DNA of 64,000 bases from Candidatus Marinacidobacterales bacterium (GCA_965237955.1 OZ250169.1:7648001-7712000); one strand, 5' to 3'; counted from the first letter of the stretch, positions 29,147 through 39,401 are shown. Translations and numbers: made by a program. Notes: a model not told the origin generated them from the sequence alone.

Positions 29147-29689
29147 TCAGTTGGCCTGAAGGGGGATGCGCTGGGTAGCGCTCGACCCTTCGGCGGAAAC
29201 GGTGACCGATTCCAGGCCGATCTCGACCACGGTGAAACGGTTCGCGATCGTGTCTCCTTCGGCGCCTGCGAAAATCTCGTTGCCGTCGAGAAAAATGGCG
29301 TACTTCGATTTGTCTCCGGACGCTTCGGTCTTCTCGACGAAGCCGGCGTATTTGACGTTCACTCGGGTGCCGGGTCGCGTCGGTGCCGTTCGCGGGATCG
29401 TCGTCGTCGTCTGGACCTGGGCTCGCGCCGTTGTCGTGGGCGTCGGCCGCGTCGGGGTGGGTCGCCGCACGGGTCCGTAGGCGAACAAGTTCCTGCCTTG
29501 CCCCTCGTATTCCGGGACCGGCGGCAGCATCGCTCTCAAATCGAGATCGCCTTTCACGGGAGCGGATGCGGGTCCGCCGCGCCGCCGAGTGCTCGTGTCG
29601 GCCGGCGCGTCCGCTGGTGCGTCCGCCGGCGCACAGGAGTACCCGAGTCCTATTGCGAGACATATCATCGCGATCGCTTGCCTACGCAT
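29147..29689 (-). CDS. PilP/GspC-like lipoprotein
   Basis: GYSC lipobox; RNLFAY, KYAGF...AIFLDGNEIF..EGDTIANRFTVVEIG. Confidence 0.6.
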   Translation of the reverse strand: MRRQAIAMICLAIGLGYSCAPADAPADAPADTSTRRRGGPASAPVKGDLDLRAMLPPVPEYEGQGRNLFAYGPVRRPTPTRPTPTTTARAQVQTTTTIPRTAPTRPGTRVNVKYAGFVEKTEASGDKSKYAIFLDGNEIFAGAEGDTIANRFTVVEIGLESVTVSAEGSSATQRIPLQAN

Positions 29690-29691
29690 CC

Positions 29692-30120
29692 TCACCACTC
29701 GCTGTAGGGTCTTCCGTCCGTGCCGACGTCGGCCGATCGGCTGCGCACGTCCTCGATCCCGGGCTTGGCGTCGGGCTCGTTGGGGTCGTAGTCGGAATAG
29801 ACTTCTTCCCACTCGGCAAGGCCGCTGATGGGATCCTCCGGAATGTCCCTCAGGTAACCGCCGTCGACGAGCTCCTGCAGACTGTTCGGATACTTGTTGC
29901 GGTCGGCCCTGAACTGATCGAGCCGCTCTCTCATGATGGCGAGGTTATTCTCGAGAACTCCCTCGCGGGTCACACGCACCTGGGCGATATAAATCGGAAT
30001 CGCGATGGTCAACAGGATCGAAAGCATGACCATAACGATCACCATCTCGATAAACGTGAACCCACCGATGGCCGATGGCCGATGGCCGACGGCGCCGCGC
30101 TTCACAAATTTACCAATCAC
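29692..30120 (-). CDS. gspG: GspG-like pseudopilin
   Basis: GFTFIEMVIV, DQFRADRNKYPNSLQELV..GYLRDIPEDP, YSEW. Confidence 0.85.
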   Translation of the reverse strand: MIGKFVKRGAVGHRPSAIGGFTFIEMVIVMVMLSILLTIAIPIYIAQVRVTREGVLENNLAIMRERLDQFRADRNKYPNSLQELVDGGYLRDIPEDPISGLAEWEEVYSDYDPNEPDAKPGIEDVRSRSADVGTDGRPYSEW

Positions 30121-30574
30121 GATATTTGGTTCCATCCAGCGCCGTGCCGGTGCTCTTCGAGTACACGTCGTACACGTTTTGCCCGCCCCAGAAACGAGAA
30201 TCATGCTCGTCCTGATAAGAACGCTGGCCCCACTCGTCGCTGTTCGTCATCGGGTCGACCGGAATCCGCCGGAGAAACTTCAGCGTCTTCCCGGGCGTTC
30301 CCACTTGCTCGACGCCCTCGACCAGCACCTCGAGCTCCTTCGGGTATCCCTCGCTTCCGAGCTGGACGTCCACGCCACCGATGAGACCCAGGTCGACCGC
30401 ACGCTTGTACTCGTCGATGCCGGCTCGCATCATGCGCAGGTTGCGTCGAAGCTCCATTTCCTTGGCCCGTTTGGCGCTGACCTGCGCGACGGGAATGATG
30501 GCGGAAGCGAGGATCGCGAGCAGCATCGTGGCGATGATGAGCTCGAGATAGGTAAAACCGCGCTCTTGCCTCAT
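30110..30574 (-). CDS. gspG: GspG-like pseudopilin
   Basis: RGFTYLELII, GYPKELEVLVEG, FLRRIPVDPMT, DVYSKS...YRDW. Confidence 0.85.
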   Translation of the reverse strand: MRQERGFTYLELIIATMLLAILASAIIPVAQVSAKRAKEMELRRNLRMMRAGIDEYKRAVDLGLIGGVDVQLGSEGYPKELEVLVEGVEQVGTPGKTLKFLRRIPVDPMTNSDEWGQRSYQDEHDSRFWGGQNVYDVYSKSTGTALDGTKYRDW

Positions 30575-31179
30575 GGCCCCGCCGTCTCCGGTCCCGTGTC
30601 TTCCTTGTCGGGCGATTGGCTCTTCAAATAGAACGAAATGCTGCAATCGAGGCGGATCGTCGTGTCGTCGCTCTCGCGTTGCGACAGCCGCACCTCCTCC
30701 ACGAGAAAAAACCGCGGTGAGCGCTTGAGCCGGTTGATGAAACGGACGAGGTCGAAGTAGTTGCCTTCGACCGGCATCGTTGCCTTGATCTGCTCCAACC
30801 CGACGTCCAGGAGATCGCGGTCGTAGCCGGTCCTGCCTTTGACGACGTTGGTCTCGTTTGCGAGGCGGGCGATCTCCTCCCACGCTTCTGTCAGGCCGGG
30901 GACGCGGGTCTTGACGGTGTCGGTCCAGAACTCGGTCACCGCGGATGCGTTCTCGGCCACCCGGCCTTCGGCCGTCGTGAGTCGCTCGAGCTCTTCGGTC
31001 TTGTGCGCGAGATCCGCGGAAAGCTGTTCCTGATCCGCGGCCAGGCGGTCCTGTTTGTTGGCGAGACGGAACGTAATCCCTGCGAACACGACGGCGTTGA
31101 CCACAAGAAGAATGGCCAAGCGGACGAACCCTTTCTGACGTTTCTTCAAGTTCTCGATGAAAGCACGGAACGCCCTCAT
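30571..31179 (-). CDS. pilO: PilO/GspM-like assembly protein
   Basis: Single TM + coiled coil; PVEGNYFDLVRFINRLKRSPRFFLVEEV. Confidence 0.7.
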   Translation of the reverse strand: MRAFRAFIENLKKRQKGFVRLAILLVVNAVVFAGITFRLANKQDRLAADQEQLSADLAHKTEELERLTTAEGRVAENASAVTEFWTDTVKTRVPGLTEAWEEIARLANETNVVKGRTGYDRDLLDVGLEQIKATMPVEGNYFDLVRFINRLKRSPRFFLVEEVRLSQRESDDTTIRLDCSISFYLKSQSPDKEDTGPETAGP

Positions 31180-31880
31180 GATTTCGGCCGAGGCCCCGGC
31201 GGAGAAGGCTCCGCGAACACTTCTTCGTCGTCTAGCAGCTCGTCTTCGTCGGTCGTGTCTATCTCAGAGGGCTCAGCAGATTCAGCAGGCTCAGCAGTCT
31301 CCGGGGGCGGTGCAACGTAGCGAAGTCGCAGCGTAGCCGCGATCCCGGTCTCCCTTCCGTTGCCGATCTCCGCGAGGTCGACTTCGGTCAGGGGGAACAC
31401 CGTGGCGAACAACATGCTCGCTTCGAGCGCGCTCACCATTTCCAAAACGTTCGTGAGCGTCCGACCGACCAGGGTCATCGTGACCGCGATCTCACCATCA
31501 TCTTCGGACGGCGCAATCGAAGTAATGCGCACCGCCGCTGGCGTGATTTCTTCGAGCTCGTTGAAGAGCCCCGTCCACGAAAAGCCCTTGTGCCGGTAGA
31601 TTCTGGTGAGAAACGCCGTCCGTTCGTTGGCGAGCGCGGTTTGTTGCCGGGCGAGGCTCGCCTCGGTGCGACTGATTGCGGCGTCGGTGGCTTCGAGCTC
31701 GTCGCGAAGCTCGCCGACTTTGATGTCGAGAGCCTCCTGCTCGCGCACGAGAGAGCGGCCGAGGAAAAAACCGTGGACGAGCGTCACGCCGAGGACGAGG
31801 GCGGCCGCGAGCATGAACACGAGCCGCGGCAACCGATCGTTGCCGAACGGAGCGCGCGAGAAGTTGAAATCGTTCGCCAT
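31176..31880 (-). CDS. pilN: PilN-like assembly protein
   Basis: N-terminal NF motif, TM, coiled coil, FSWTGLFNELEEITPAAVRITSI. Confidence 0.75.
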   Translation of the reverse strand: MANDFNFSRAPFGNDRLPRLVFMLAAALVLGVTLVHGFFLGRSLVREQEALDIKVGELRDELEATDAAISRTEASLARQQTALANERTAFLTRIYRHKGFSWTGLFNELEEITPAAVRITSIAPSEDDGEIAVTMTLVGRTLTNVLEMVSALEASMLFATVFPLTEVDLAEIGNGRETGIAATLRLRYVAPPPETAEPAESAEPSEIDTTDEDELLDDEEVFAEPSPPGPRPKS

Positions 31881-31896
31881 GACGTGTCTTCAGATG

Positions 31897-32892
31897 CTAC
31901 GCGACCCTTCCGAACGCCGCCCCGGCCGCAGCGCCCACCGAGTCGGCGAGAGTTGCATCCATTTGGAGGTCGCTCGCGATACCCACCGCGCTCATGAGGT
32001 TGAGCGGCTCGGAGGGAGCTTCGAACTGCTCTTCCAAGATCTCGCGCAGGTGGATCAAGTCCGGCCGCAGCGAGCGGTAGTAGACGCGTTCGAGCGACGT
32101 GCCTTGGAGTTTCTCCCGATAGTAAATCGCCGTCGGGATGACGTCCTGCAAGAGATCCTCCTCGCTGTAGGCGACCGGCGGTCCGTCCGACGCGCGCAGC
32201 CCTAGGGTCCGGATCAACACCGGAACACCGCGCTCGCGCACCAGGCTCACGGTGAAGTACTCGCGCTCGACGTTGACGAAGAAATAGTCGGCGCCGGGGG
32301 AGAGATTTTGCTCCGCGAGAGGGCTCAGGATGCGGAGGAGGCTAACGCTCGCGGGAACGACCAGCCCGATGTGAAAACCCAAATCGGTAAAAAAATCTTC
32401 GTACTGGCTGACGACGGCTTCGTGCATGACGCCGGTGAGATAGGTCGGCGTCGCTGCGGCTAGGGGCTCGTAGGCGAGTCGTGCCTGGTCGACGTCGAAC
32501 GGAAGCGATTTTTTGAGACGGAATTTCAAGACGTCGACGGTCTCGGCGCTCGAGCGCGGAGCCTCGGCGAGCTCTACCACGGACACGCGGGCGAGATAGT
32601 CGGGAAGCGTCAACGCGATCCGCTTCGAGCCCGCGGCTCCGGAGCGAAGAAGCACGCTCTCGATGACTTGCGCCAACGTGTCGCCGTCGCGGATGTTGGG
32701 CTCGAGCATGTTGAACTGCAAACAACCCGGCGGCAGCGGCGACGTCACGCACAGGTCGAGCTCGGCCTTACCTCGCTTGGCGGCGAGCCGCGCAAGCGAA
32801 AGCTCGGTCGCGCGCAAGTCGAGGCCGAGGCCCGGAGGCTCGGGCTCGAGCAGCCAGCGCATGAGCGAACTTCGGGCAATGGGCTTCGACAT
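31897..32892 (-). CDS. pilM: PilM-like actin-fold assembly protein
   Basis: LGLD, LTLPD, KFRLKKSLPFD; located between the ATPase and pilN. Confidence 0.7.
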   Translation of the reverse strand: MSKPIARSSLMRWLLEPEPPGLGLDLRATELSLARLAAKRGKAELDLCVTSPLPPGCLQFNMLEPNIRDGDTLAQVIESVLLRSGAAGSKRIALTLPDYLARVSVVELAEAPRSSAETVDVLKFRLKKSLPFDVDQARLAYEPLAAATPTYLTGVMHEAVVSQYEDFFTDLGFHIGLVVPASVSLLRILSPLAEQNLSPGADYFFVNVEREYFTVSLVRERGVPVLIRTLGLRASDGPPVAYSEEDLLQDVIPTAIYYREKLQGTSLERVYYRSLRPDLIHLREILEEQFEAPSEPLNLMSAVGIASDLQMDATLADSVGAAAGAAFGRVA

Positions 32893-32895
32893 GAT

Positions 32896-34560
32896 TCAGT
32901 TCGTCTCCACGAAGGTGACGCGGTTGATCTCCTCGAGGGTCGAGTCGCCCGAAAGCGCTTGCGCGAGCGCCGACTCTCGGAGAAACACCATGCCCGACTT
33001 CTTGGCCGCGATCTTGATCTCTATCGCGGCACTCCGGTTGATGAGCATCTCGCGGATCTCGTCGCTCAAATCCAAGAGCTCGCTGATCGCGTGGCGGCCC
33101 TTGTAGCCGGTACCGGCGCATTGAATGCAGCCTTCGCCGCGGAAAAACGTATGTCCTCCGTACCGCTCCAGATTCAGCCCCGAATCTTCGAGCAGTGCGA
33201 TGTCGGCTTTGAACGGCCGCTTGCAGAACGGGCAGATGGTACGCACGAGTCTCTGCGCGAGGATGCAGTTGAGCGAGGACACGAAGTTGTAGGCCTCGAC
33301 GCCCATGTTCAGAAAACGTCCGATGACGTCGATGACGTTGTTGGCGTGTACGGTGGTGAACACGAGATGCCCCGTGAGCGCGGCGCTGATGGCAATTTGC
33401 GCGGTCTCGGAATCGCGGATCTCTCCGACCATGACTTTGTCGGGGTCGTGGCGCAGGATCGATCGCAGCCCGCGGGAAAACGTGAGGCCTTTTTTCTCGT
33501 TCACCGGAATCTGGGTGATGCCTACGAGCTGGTACTCGACCGGGTCTTCGATGGTAATGATCTTATCTTCTTCGTTGTAGATCTCCGAAAGCGCCGCGTA
33601 GAGCGTCGTCGTCTTGCCGCTTCCGGTCGGGCCGGTGACGAGGAACATCCCGTAGGGCTCGTGGATGAACCGGCGGATGCGTTTCACTTCGTCGTCGGCG
33701 AAGCCGAGGATGTCGAGCCGGAGCTCGCTGAAACGCTCGCTGATCGATTCCTTGTCGAGGATACGGATGACAGCGTCTTCGCCGTGGATGCTGGGCATGA
33801 TCGAGACGCGAAAATCGATGCGGCGGCCCTTGACCTTGAGACGAAAGCGACCGTCTTGCGGGACTCTCTTCTCCGCAATATCGAGCTCCGACATGACTTT
33901 GATGCGGCTGATGATCTCCGAGTGGTGCGCCTTGGGGATGGGCTTCATCGCCCGCGTCAGGGCACCGTCGATGCGGTACTTGATGACGACTTCTTCGTCC
34001 CGGGTCTCGATGTGAATATCCGAGGCACGTCGGTTGAGGGCGTTGTAGACCGCGGAGTCGATGAGGCGGATGATGGGAGACGACGTGTCGGTGAGCCGGT
34101 CGATGGAAAGAGTCTCTTCGCCGTCATCATCCTCCCGGATGATCTCCATGTGGAAGCTCTCAGATGCTTCTTCGAGCACGCGCTGTGCGCTCTGGCTTTT
34201 CTTCAGGAGCTCCTGGATGGCGGAATCCGTTCCCACGGCCGCCCGCACCGGCATCTTCAGAATTCCGGCGAGCTCGTCCATGACGGGGACGTTGGTCGGA
34301 TCCGCGGTGACGACGACGAGCTTCCCGTCTTCTTTTTTGTACGGGAGGAAGTTGTAGCGGAACATCAAGTCCACGGGAACACTGCGGAACAGATCCTGGT
34401 CGGGCTGAAAGCTCGTGAGGTCGATGAACTCGAGCCGGCATCGCGCGGCGAGACGTTTGGCGTCGTCGAGCTCTCTGTTCTGGGCTTGTTCCGGAGTGAG
34501 CGACGCGCCTTTTGGGTCGAGCTCGGGGACGAAGTTGTCGGCGTCGAGGTGGCTTGCCAT
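32896..34560 (-). CDS. gspE: GspE/PilB secretion ATPase
   Basis: ASDIHIE, PQDGR, GPTGSGKTT, TIEDPVEY, DPDKVMVGEIRD, CPFC...CIQC. Confidence 0.95.
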   Translation of the reverse strand: MASHLDADNFVPELDPKGASLTPEQAQNRELDDAKRLAARCRLEFIDLTSFQPDQDLFRSVPVDLMFRYNFLPYKKEDGKLVVVTADPTNVPVMDELAGILKMPVRAAVGTDSAIQELLKKSQSAQRVLEEASESFHMEIIREDDDGEETLSIDRLTDTSSPIIRLIDSAVYNALNRRASDIHIETRDEEVVIKYRIDGALTRAMKPIPKAHHSEIISRIKVMSELDIAEKRVPQDGRFRLKVKGRRIDFRVSIMPSIHGEDAVIRILDKESISERFSELRLDILGFADDEVKRIRRFIHEPYGMFLVTGPTGSGKTTTLYAALSEIYNEEDKIITIEDPVEYQLVGITQIPVNEKKGLTFSRGLRSILRHDPDKVMVGEIRDSETAQIAISAALTGHLVFTTVHANNVIDVIGRFLNMGVEAYNFVSSLNCILAQRLVRTICPFCKRPFKADIALLEDSGLNLERYGGHTFFRGEGCIQCAGTGYKGRHAISELLDLSDEIREMLINRSAAIEIKIAAKKSGMVFLRESALAQALSGDSTLEEINRVTFVETN

Positions 34561-34567
34561 AACGCGT

Positions 34568-35788
34568 CTACATTCCCGAGCGGGCCGCGTTGATCAGATC
34601 GAACATCGGTAAATAGATCGCGAGAAGGATCATAGCGACGAGGCCGCCCATGAACATGAGTACTACCGGCGCCAGCATCGACAGCATCAGGTTCAATCGG
34701 TTGTCGATCTCCTCGTCGGCGAAATCGGCGACGTTTTCGAGCATGTCCGCGAGCCCTCCGGTGTTCTCGCCCACTTTCACCATCTCGATGGTCAAGTTCG
34801 AGAACTCGCCCGTCTCGTCGAGGCTCGACGAGAACGCTTTGCCTTCGCGCACGCGGTCGGCCACGGGGATGACGGCCCCGCCGATGTGGCGATTGCCGAT
34901 CGAGCCCGCGGAAATGTCGATGGCCTGGACGAGGGGGATGCCGCCGCTCAAAAGCGTCGCGAGCGAGCGCGTCAGCTGGGATGTCGCGAACAAATGGAGG
35001 ATGTGTCCGAGAAACGGGAGCTTCAACAAAAAACGGTCGATGACCGCGTTCGAGCCGGGGCGCTTCGACCACGCATAGAAGAACGCGCCCGCGCCGGCGA
35101 CGATGATGAGGATGATCAGAATATGGTCGCGCAGCGTTTGCGCGACCGTGAGCAGAATAACGGTCAGGATCGGGAGCTCGGCATCGAAGCCTTCGAAAAA
35201 TCCGGCGAAGCGGGGGATGACCCAGAGCAGGAGAAACGCCGCGGCGCACACGAGCGTGCCAAAGAGAAACGCCGGATAGACGAGCGCCGCGACCACTTTC
35301 TTGCGCGTGGCCTCGCTGAGCTTGAGGTATTGGACGTAGCGTGCGATGACGGTCTCGAGGCCGCCGCTTTTCTCGCCGGCAACGAGCGAGGCGGAGTAGA
35401 TGTGCGGGAACAGGTCACCGTGGGAGCGGAACGCGTCGGAGAGAGCGGTCCCCGATTTGACTTTGTTCCGGATATCCGTGAGCACCCGATTGAACAGCGG
35501 GTTCTTCATGCGCTCGAGCATGATGTCGAGCGATTGCAAAAGCGGCAGCCCGGCGCGTAGCAGCGCCGCGAGCTCCTGGTTGAACAAGGTAAACTCGGTG
35601 TGGGTGATGCGCTCGCGGGCACTGAAGGGGTTTCGGAGGGCGCCGAACCCGAAGCTCTTCCGGACCCAAAAGACGTGGAAGCCCTTGTCTTGAAGCTCGT
35701 CGCGCAGGACGCTTTCGCTGTCCGCGGTCAGAGCTAGCTCCTCGATGTCACCGGCAAGCGTTCCCACCTTGGCGAGGAACTGCGTCAT
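34568..35788 (-). CDS. gspF: GspF/PilC inner-membrane platform protein
   Basis: AGLPLLQSL, AGEKSG, YP, SGGIPL, VGENTG, AIYLPMF. Confidence 0.93.
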   Translation of the reverse strand: MTQFLAKVGTLAGDIEELALTADSESVLRDELQDKGFHVFWVRKSFGFGALRNPFSARERITHTEFTLFNQELAALLRAGLPLLQSLDIMLERMKNPLFNRVLTDIRNKVKSGTALSDAFRSHGDLFPHIYSASLVAGEKSGGLETVIARYVQYLKLSEATRKKVVAALVYPAFLFGTLVCAAAFLLLWVIPRFAGFFEGFDAELPILTVILLTVAQTLRDHILIILIIVAGAGAFFYAWSKRPGSNAVIDRFLLKLPFLGHILHLFATSQLTRSLATLLSGGIPLVQAIDISAGSIGNRHIGGAVIPVADRVREGKAFSSSLDETGEFSNLTIEMVKVGENTGGLADMLENVADFADEEIDNRLNLMLSMLAPVVLMFMGGLVAMILLAIYLPMFDLINAARSGM

Positions 35789-35876
35789 TCTCGCAAGTCT
35801 CCCTGCGCCCCGCGCGCGGCACGCGCGACCATAAGATCTGATTCACCGTGGGTTTACGGGGCAGAAGTTAAAGTAT

Positions 35877-35885
35877 AGTATACCA
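35877..35885 (-). promoter_or_regulatory. Candidate extended -10 for the T2SS-like operon
   Basis: TGGTATACT on the minus strand in an AT-rich intergenic patch. Confidence 0.35.
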
Positions 35886-35977
35886 TATTAGGGCGATACG
35901 GCCCCGGAGCCAAGGGTCTCCATCACGCTCTCAAAAGATACCCCTCGACACCGATTTTCTTCCAAGGTTATGACCCG

Positions 35978-36523
35978 TTGGGCAAAAAAAGGACTAAATC
36001 CGCCAAGTCTCGAGCTCCGGGCAAATCGGCCAGGCCGGACAGGCCAGACAAGCCAGACAAGGGTGGCAAGAGTGAAAAAGTAGTCGCCGAGAACCGGAAG
36101 GCGCGCCACAGCTACGAGCTCCTCGAGCGGCTCGAGGCCGGGCTCGTTCTCGTCGGCACCGAAGTGAAGTCGGCGCGCGCGGGCGGGGTGAACCTCAAGG
36201 ACAGCTACGCCTCGGTGCGGGGTGGGGAGCTCTTTCTGATGCAGGCCCACATCAACCCCTATTCCCACGGTACCCACGAGAATCACGAAGCGCTGCGGCC
36301 GCGAAAGCTCCTACTTTCGAAGCGCGAGCTCCGGCGATGGATTGGCAAGATCAACGAGCGCGGGTTCACCGTCGTGCCCATCCGAATGTACTTCAAAACA
36401 GGGAAACTGAAGGTCGAGCTCGCCCTCGCGCGCGGCAAGCGTTTACACGACCGCCGAGCGGCCGCCAAAGAGCGCGACATCGAACGAGACGTTCAGGCCG
36501 AGTTGAAGGAGAGAAACCGGTAA
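35978..36523 (+). CDS. smpB: SsrA-binding protein
   Basis: NRKARHSY, EAGLVLVGTEVKS, RKLLL, KVELALARGK..DRR. Confidence 0.95.
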   Translation: MGKKRTKSAKSRAPGKSARPDRPDKPDKGGKSEKVVAENRKARHSYELLERLEAGLVLVGTEVKSARAGGVNLKDSYASVRGGELFLMQAHINPYSHGTHENHEALRPRKLLLSKRELRRWIGKINERGFTVVPIRMYFKTGKLKVELALARGKRLHDRRAAAKERDIERDVQAELKERNR

Positions 36524-36526
36524 GGG

Positions 36527-36853
36527 TCAATCGTGGTCCGAGGAAGGATTCGTTTCTTCGGATTCTTTATAGAGGTACTTGATGTTGTGTTTCAGTAGCA
36601 CGAGATTCGGCCGGTTGTTGCGATTCAGCTTGAGGCAGTTCTTGTCGTACCATTCGATGACGCCGCGGATCTCTTCGCCGTCTTGCAAGACCACCACCAT
36701 GGGGGTCTTGCTGTTCATTTGCTTGAGGTAGTAGAAACTCTCCGCGTTCGTCTGCTCGGGGGGCACCCGTTTCGTACTACTACGAGGTCCGCCCTTGGGC
36801 CCCATCTGATCTTTCAGATCGGCCAGGTTCGGCCGAATCAGCTTGCGATTCAC
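36527..36853 (-). CDS. hfq: Hfq-like Sm RNA chaperone
   Basis: [19 protein letters not shown] (Sm1), LLKHNIKY (Sm2). Confidence 0.8.
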   Translation of the reverse strand: MNRKLIRPNLADLKDQMGPKGGPRSSTKRVPPEQTNAESFYYLKQMNSKTPMVVVLQDGEEIRGVIEWYDKNCLKLNRNNRPNLVLLKHNIKYLYKESEETNPSSDHD

Positions 36854-37027
36854 GGATTTACCTCGGGTTTCCCCATCCCAAAGCTCTGACGAGAACCCCT
36901 CTACCGCTGGGCGGCGAAACTTCTAGCAGCCGTTGAAGCGTGGCCACCGACGCGCCCGGTCCCGCCTCGAATCCGGCCGGAGAAACCTTCGGTAGGCTCG
37001 TTTCAGAGATATAGCACTGAGAAACTA

Positions 37028-38210
37028 GTCCCATGGAACAGAAAAAGCTAGACAACACCGGCCCTTCTGTGATCTGCTAAATGCATGAAACACAAGGGCC
37101 GGCGAAAAGCCGAATTGAAGCTGTCGTCTCAAGAAAGCGAAGCGCTGACGCGACTGGCGCGACGCAGCCGTAGTTCGCCGCACCAAGCCTTCCGAGCGAA
37201 GATCGTGCTGGATTGCGCGGCGGGTCTGACGAATATGGAAGTTGCTAGGAAGATGCACACCATGAGGAGCACGGTGGGCAAGTGGCGAAGACGCTTTGTA
37301 GAACAACGAATGGAAGGGTTGTACGACGAACCTCGGCCGGGAGCGGCTCGCAAAATCGGCGATGACCAGATCGAGGAAGTCGTGACCAAGACGCTGGAGA
37401 CGACTCCAAAGGGGAGAACCCATTGGAGTACGCGCTCGATGGCCAAGCATCTTGGGCTGAGTCATTCGACGATTGGACGTATTTGGCGAACGTTCGGGCT
37501 TCAACCGCACCGCTCGGAATCGTTTCGTCTCTCGCAAGACCCACAACTGGTCGAAAAAGTACGCGACGTTGTTGGCCTGTATATGAACCCACCGGATAAC
37601 GCGGTCGTCCTGTGCGTCGACGAGAAATCGCAGATTCAAGCGCTCGAGCGTGCTCAACCTGTCCTGCCCATGAGCTTGGGCCAGCCCGAGCGACAAACCC
37701 ACGACTACATTCGGCATGGAACGACTGACCTGTTTGCCGCACTCGACGCCGCAACAGGTGAAGTCTTCGGAAAGTGCTACGCGCGACATCGAGCGCTAGA
37801 GTTCAAGAAGTTCCTCGCTGAGATCGAAGCAGCCGTTCCCAGCGAGTTGGACATCCACGTCGTGCTCGACAATCTCGCCACGCACAAGACACCGGCGATC
37901 AAATGCTGGCTTTCCAAGCGACCTCGGTTCCACTTTCACTTCACACCGACACACGCCTCTTGGCTCAACTTCGCTGAGCGCTTCTTTGGCTTGCTCACCG
38001 AACACGCCTTGCGACGAGGCTCGCACACGAGCGTGCCTCAGCTCCGCGTTGCGATACAAGACTATCTCGATGCTCACAACGAGAACCCAAAGCCGTTCAA
38101 GTGGACGAAATCCGCCGACCAAATCCTCGAAACCATCGCTCGGTTCGCCCAGCGAACGCTCGATACACATGACAAATCGAATTTGGACAGTAATTAAAGA
38201 TCCAGGGGAC
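37028..38210 (+). mobile_element. IS630-family insertion sequence, apparently intact
   Basis: Ends cTA|GTCCCATGGA and TCCAGGGGAC|TAg (terminal IR, TA duplication in CTAG). Confidence 0.9.
37085..38197 (+). CDS. IS630 transposase
   Basis: [51 protein letters not shown]. Confidence 0.95.
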   Translation: MKHKGRRKAELKLSSQESEALTRLARRSRSSPHQAFRAKIVLDCAAGLTNMEVARKMHTMRSTVGKWRRRFVEQRMEGLYDEPRPGAARKIGDDQIEEVVTKTLETTPKGRTHWSTRSMAKHLGLSHSTIGRIWRTFGLQPHRSESFRLSQDPQLVEKVRDVVGLYMNPPDNAVVLCVDEKSQIQALERAQPVLPMSLGQPERQTHDYIRHGTTDLFAALDAATGEVFGKCYARHRALEFKKFLAEIEAAVPSELDIHVVLDNLATHKTPAIKCWLSKRPRFHFHFTPTHASWLNFAERFFGLLTEHALRRGSHTSVPQLRVAIQDYLDAHNENPKPFKWTKSADQILETIARFAQRTLDTHDKSNLDSN

Positions 38211-38265
38211 TAGCGATATTGAATTCAGTCTAACACAGCTATCGGCTGAAAGCAGCCCGCCTTCG

Positions 38266-39291
38266 CTAGTAGCTAGCCCTGCGCGAAGGCGGACTGGCGA
38301 CTGGCGGCGGCGGCCGGATCGCGGCGAGCGAAGCGAGCAGGCAGGACGTCGTAATCCTTTTATTTAGATAACGATCGCGCAAGTCCTGGAGGGATTGTTC
38401 GGCGAGGTGGTAGGCATGAAGCCAAACGGGAAGGGGTGCGCCAGAGGCCAGCTTTTCGATCTCGGGTTCGAGGTCTCGATGCACGATCGCTCCGCCTCCG
38501 AGCGTCGTTACGACGTCACGGACGATGCCGATGACGAGGTGCAGGAGCAGCAGCAGACGATCGTCTTTGGCCAGTTGGTCCGCCCAGGGCACCATATCTT
38601 GCTCGCGCGCCCCGTCGACGACGACGCTCGCGACCCGAAGCGCCTCGTTGCGAACGTCGACGAGGGATTCTTCTTCCAGCTCGAGTGCTTTTAGCAGGCT
38701 ACCCCCGGAGAGGGCGGCAAGAAGCGTGGCTCGTTCGCGATCCATCTCGTGTTGGGCGACGAGCTGGTCGATGAGATCGTCGATCGCGAGAGGTGCAAAT
38801 CGATAGATCTGGCACCGTGACAGGATCGTCGGCAGGAGCGCGGCTGCGTTCGAGGTAATGAGGATGAGGATGACCCACGCCGGGGGCTCTTCGAGTGTTT
38901 TGAGGAGCGTATTGGCAGCGGTGGGATTCATGCGCTCGGCGTCGACGAAGATGGAAACGCGCCGGCGTCCTTCGAACGGCCGGAAAGGCGATTCGCTGAC
39001 GACTTGCCGCACGCTTTCGGCCTTGAGCTGGCGACCGGCCCCCTCGGGCCGCGCGATGCGTACGTCCGGATGCTCGCCCCGCCCGGTGCGCACGCATGCC
39101 GAGCACTCGCCACACGCATCTCCGGTCAACGTCAGGCAATTCTGAGCCTGGGCGAGCGTCAGCGCGGCCTCGAGCTTCCCGACACCGGGGGGACCGGCAA
39201 AGAGAAGGCTCGGCGGCACGGTGTCCGCGGCCGCCATTCGAGCCAACCGCGAAACGAGAGCGCGGTTGCCGACTAAGGATTCAAAGGGCAT
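38266..39291 (-). CDS. holB: DNA polymerase III delta-prime subunit
   Basis: GPPGVGK, C..CGECSAC, HPD, AANTLLKTLEEPP, LPTILSRC; next to tmk. Confidence 0.92.
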   Translation of the reverse strand: MPFESLVGNRALVSRLARMAAADTVPPSLLFAGPPGVGKLEAALTLAQAQNCLTLTGDACGECSACVRTGRGEHPDVRIARPEGAGRQLKAESVRQVVSESPFRPFEGRRRVSIFVDAERMNPTAANTLLKTLEEPPAWVILILITSNAAALLPTILSRCQIYRFAPLAIDDLIDQLVAQHEMDRERATLLAALSGGSLLKALELEEESLVDVRNEALRVASVVVDGAREQDMVPWADQLAKDDRLLLLLHLVIGIVRDVVTTLGGGAIVHRDLEPEIEKLASGAPLPVWLHAYHLAEQSLQDLRDRYLNKRITTSCLLASLAAIRPPPPVASPPSRRASY

Positions 39292-39401
39292 GGGGTTTTA
39301 ATTTAGCTCAATTCAGCAGGACCGTGCTTGATACGACGACTCAACTTTCCCGGCACGGCGTGGTGTGAACTGAATGCTGGATGCTGGATGCCACAGCGTT
39401 C

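Noticed and set aside
32668-34593. Long antisense ORFs (also 50205-52010, 28424-29707, 27084-28322)
   Set aside because: These are shadow frames of well-supported genes in high-GC DNA, with no motifs.
36884-37008. Hairpin as SRP RNA, 6S RNA or tmRNA (near smpB)
   Set aside because: It lacks the SRP GGAAGGAAGCAGC motif, tRNA-like ends and the 6S length and central bubble. Kept only as an unassigned candidate.
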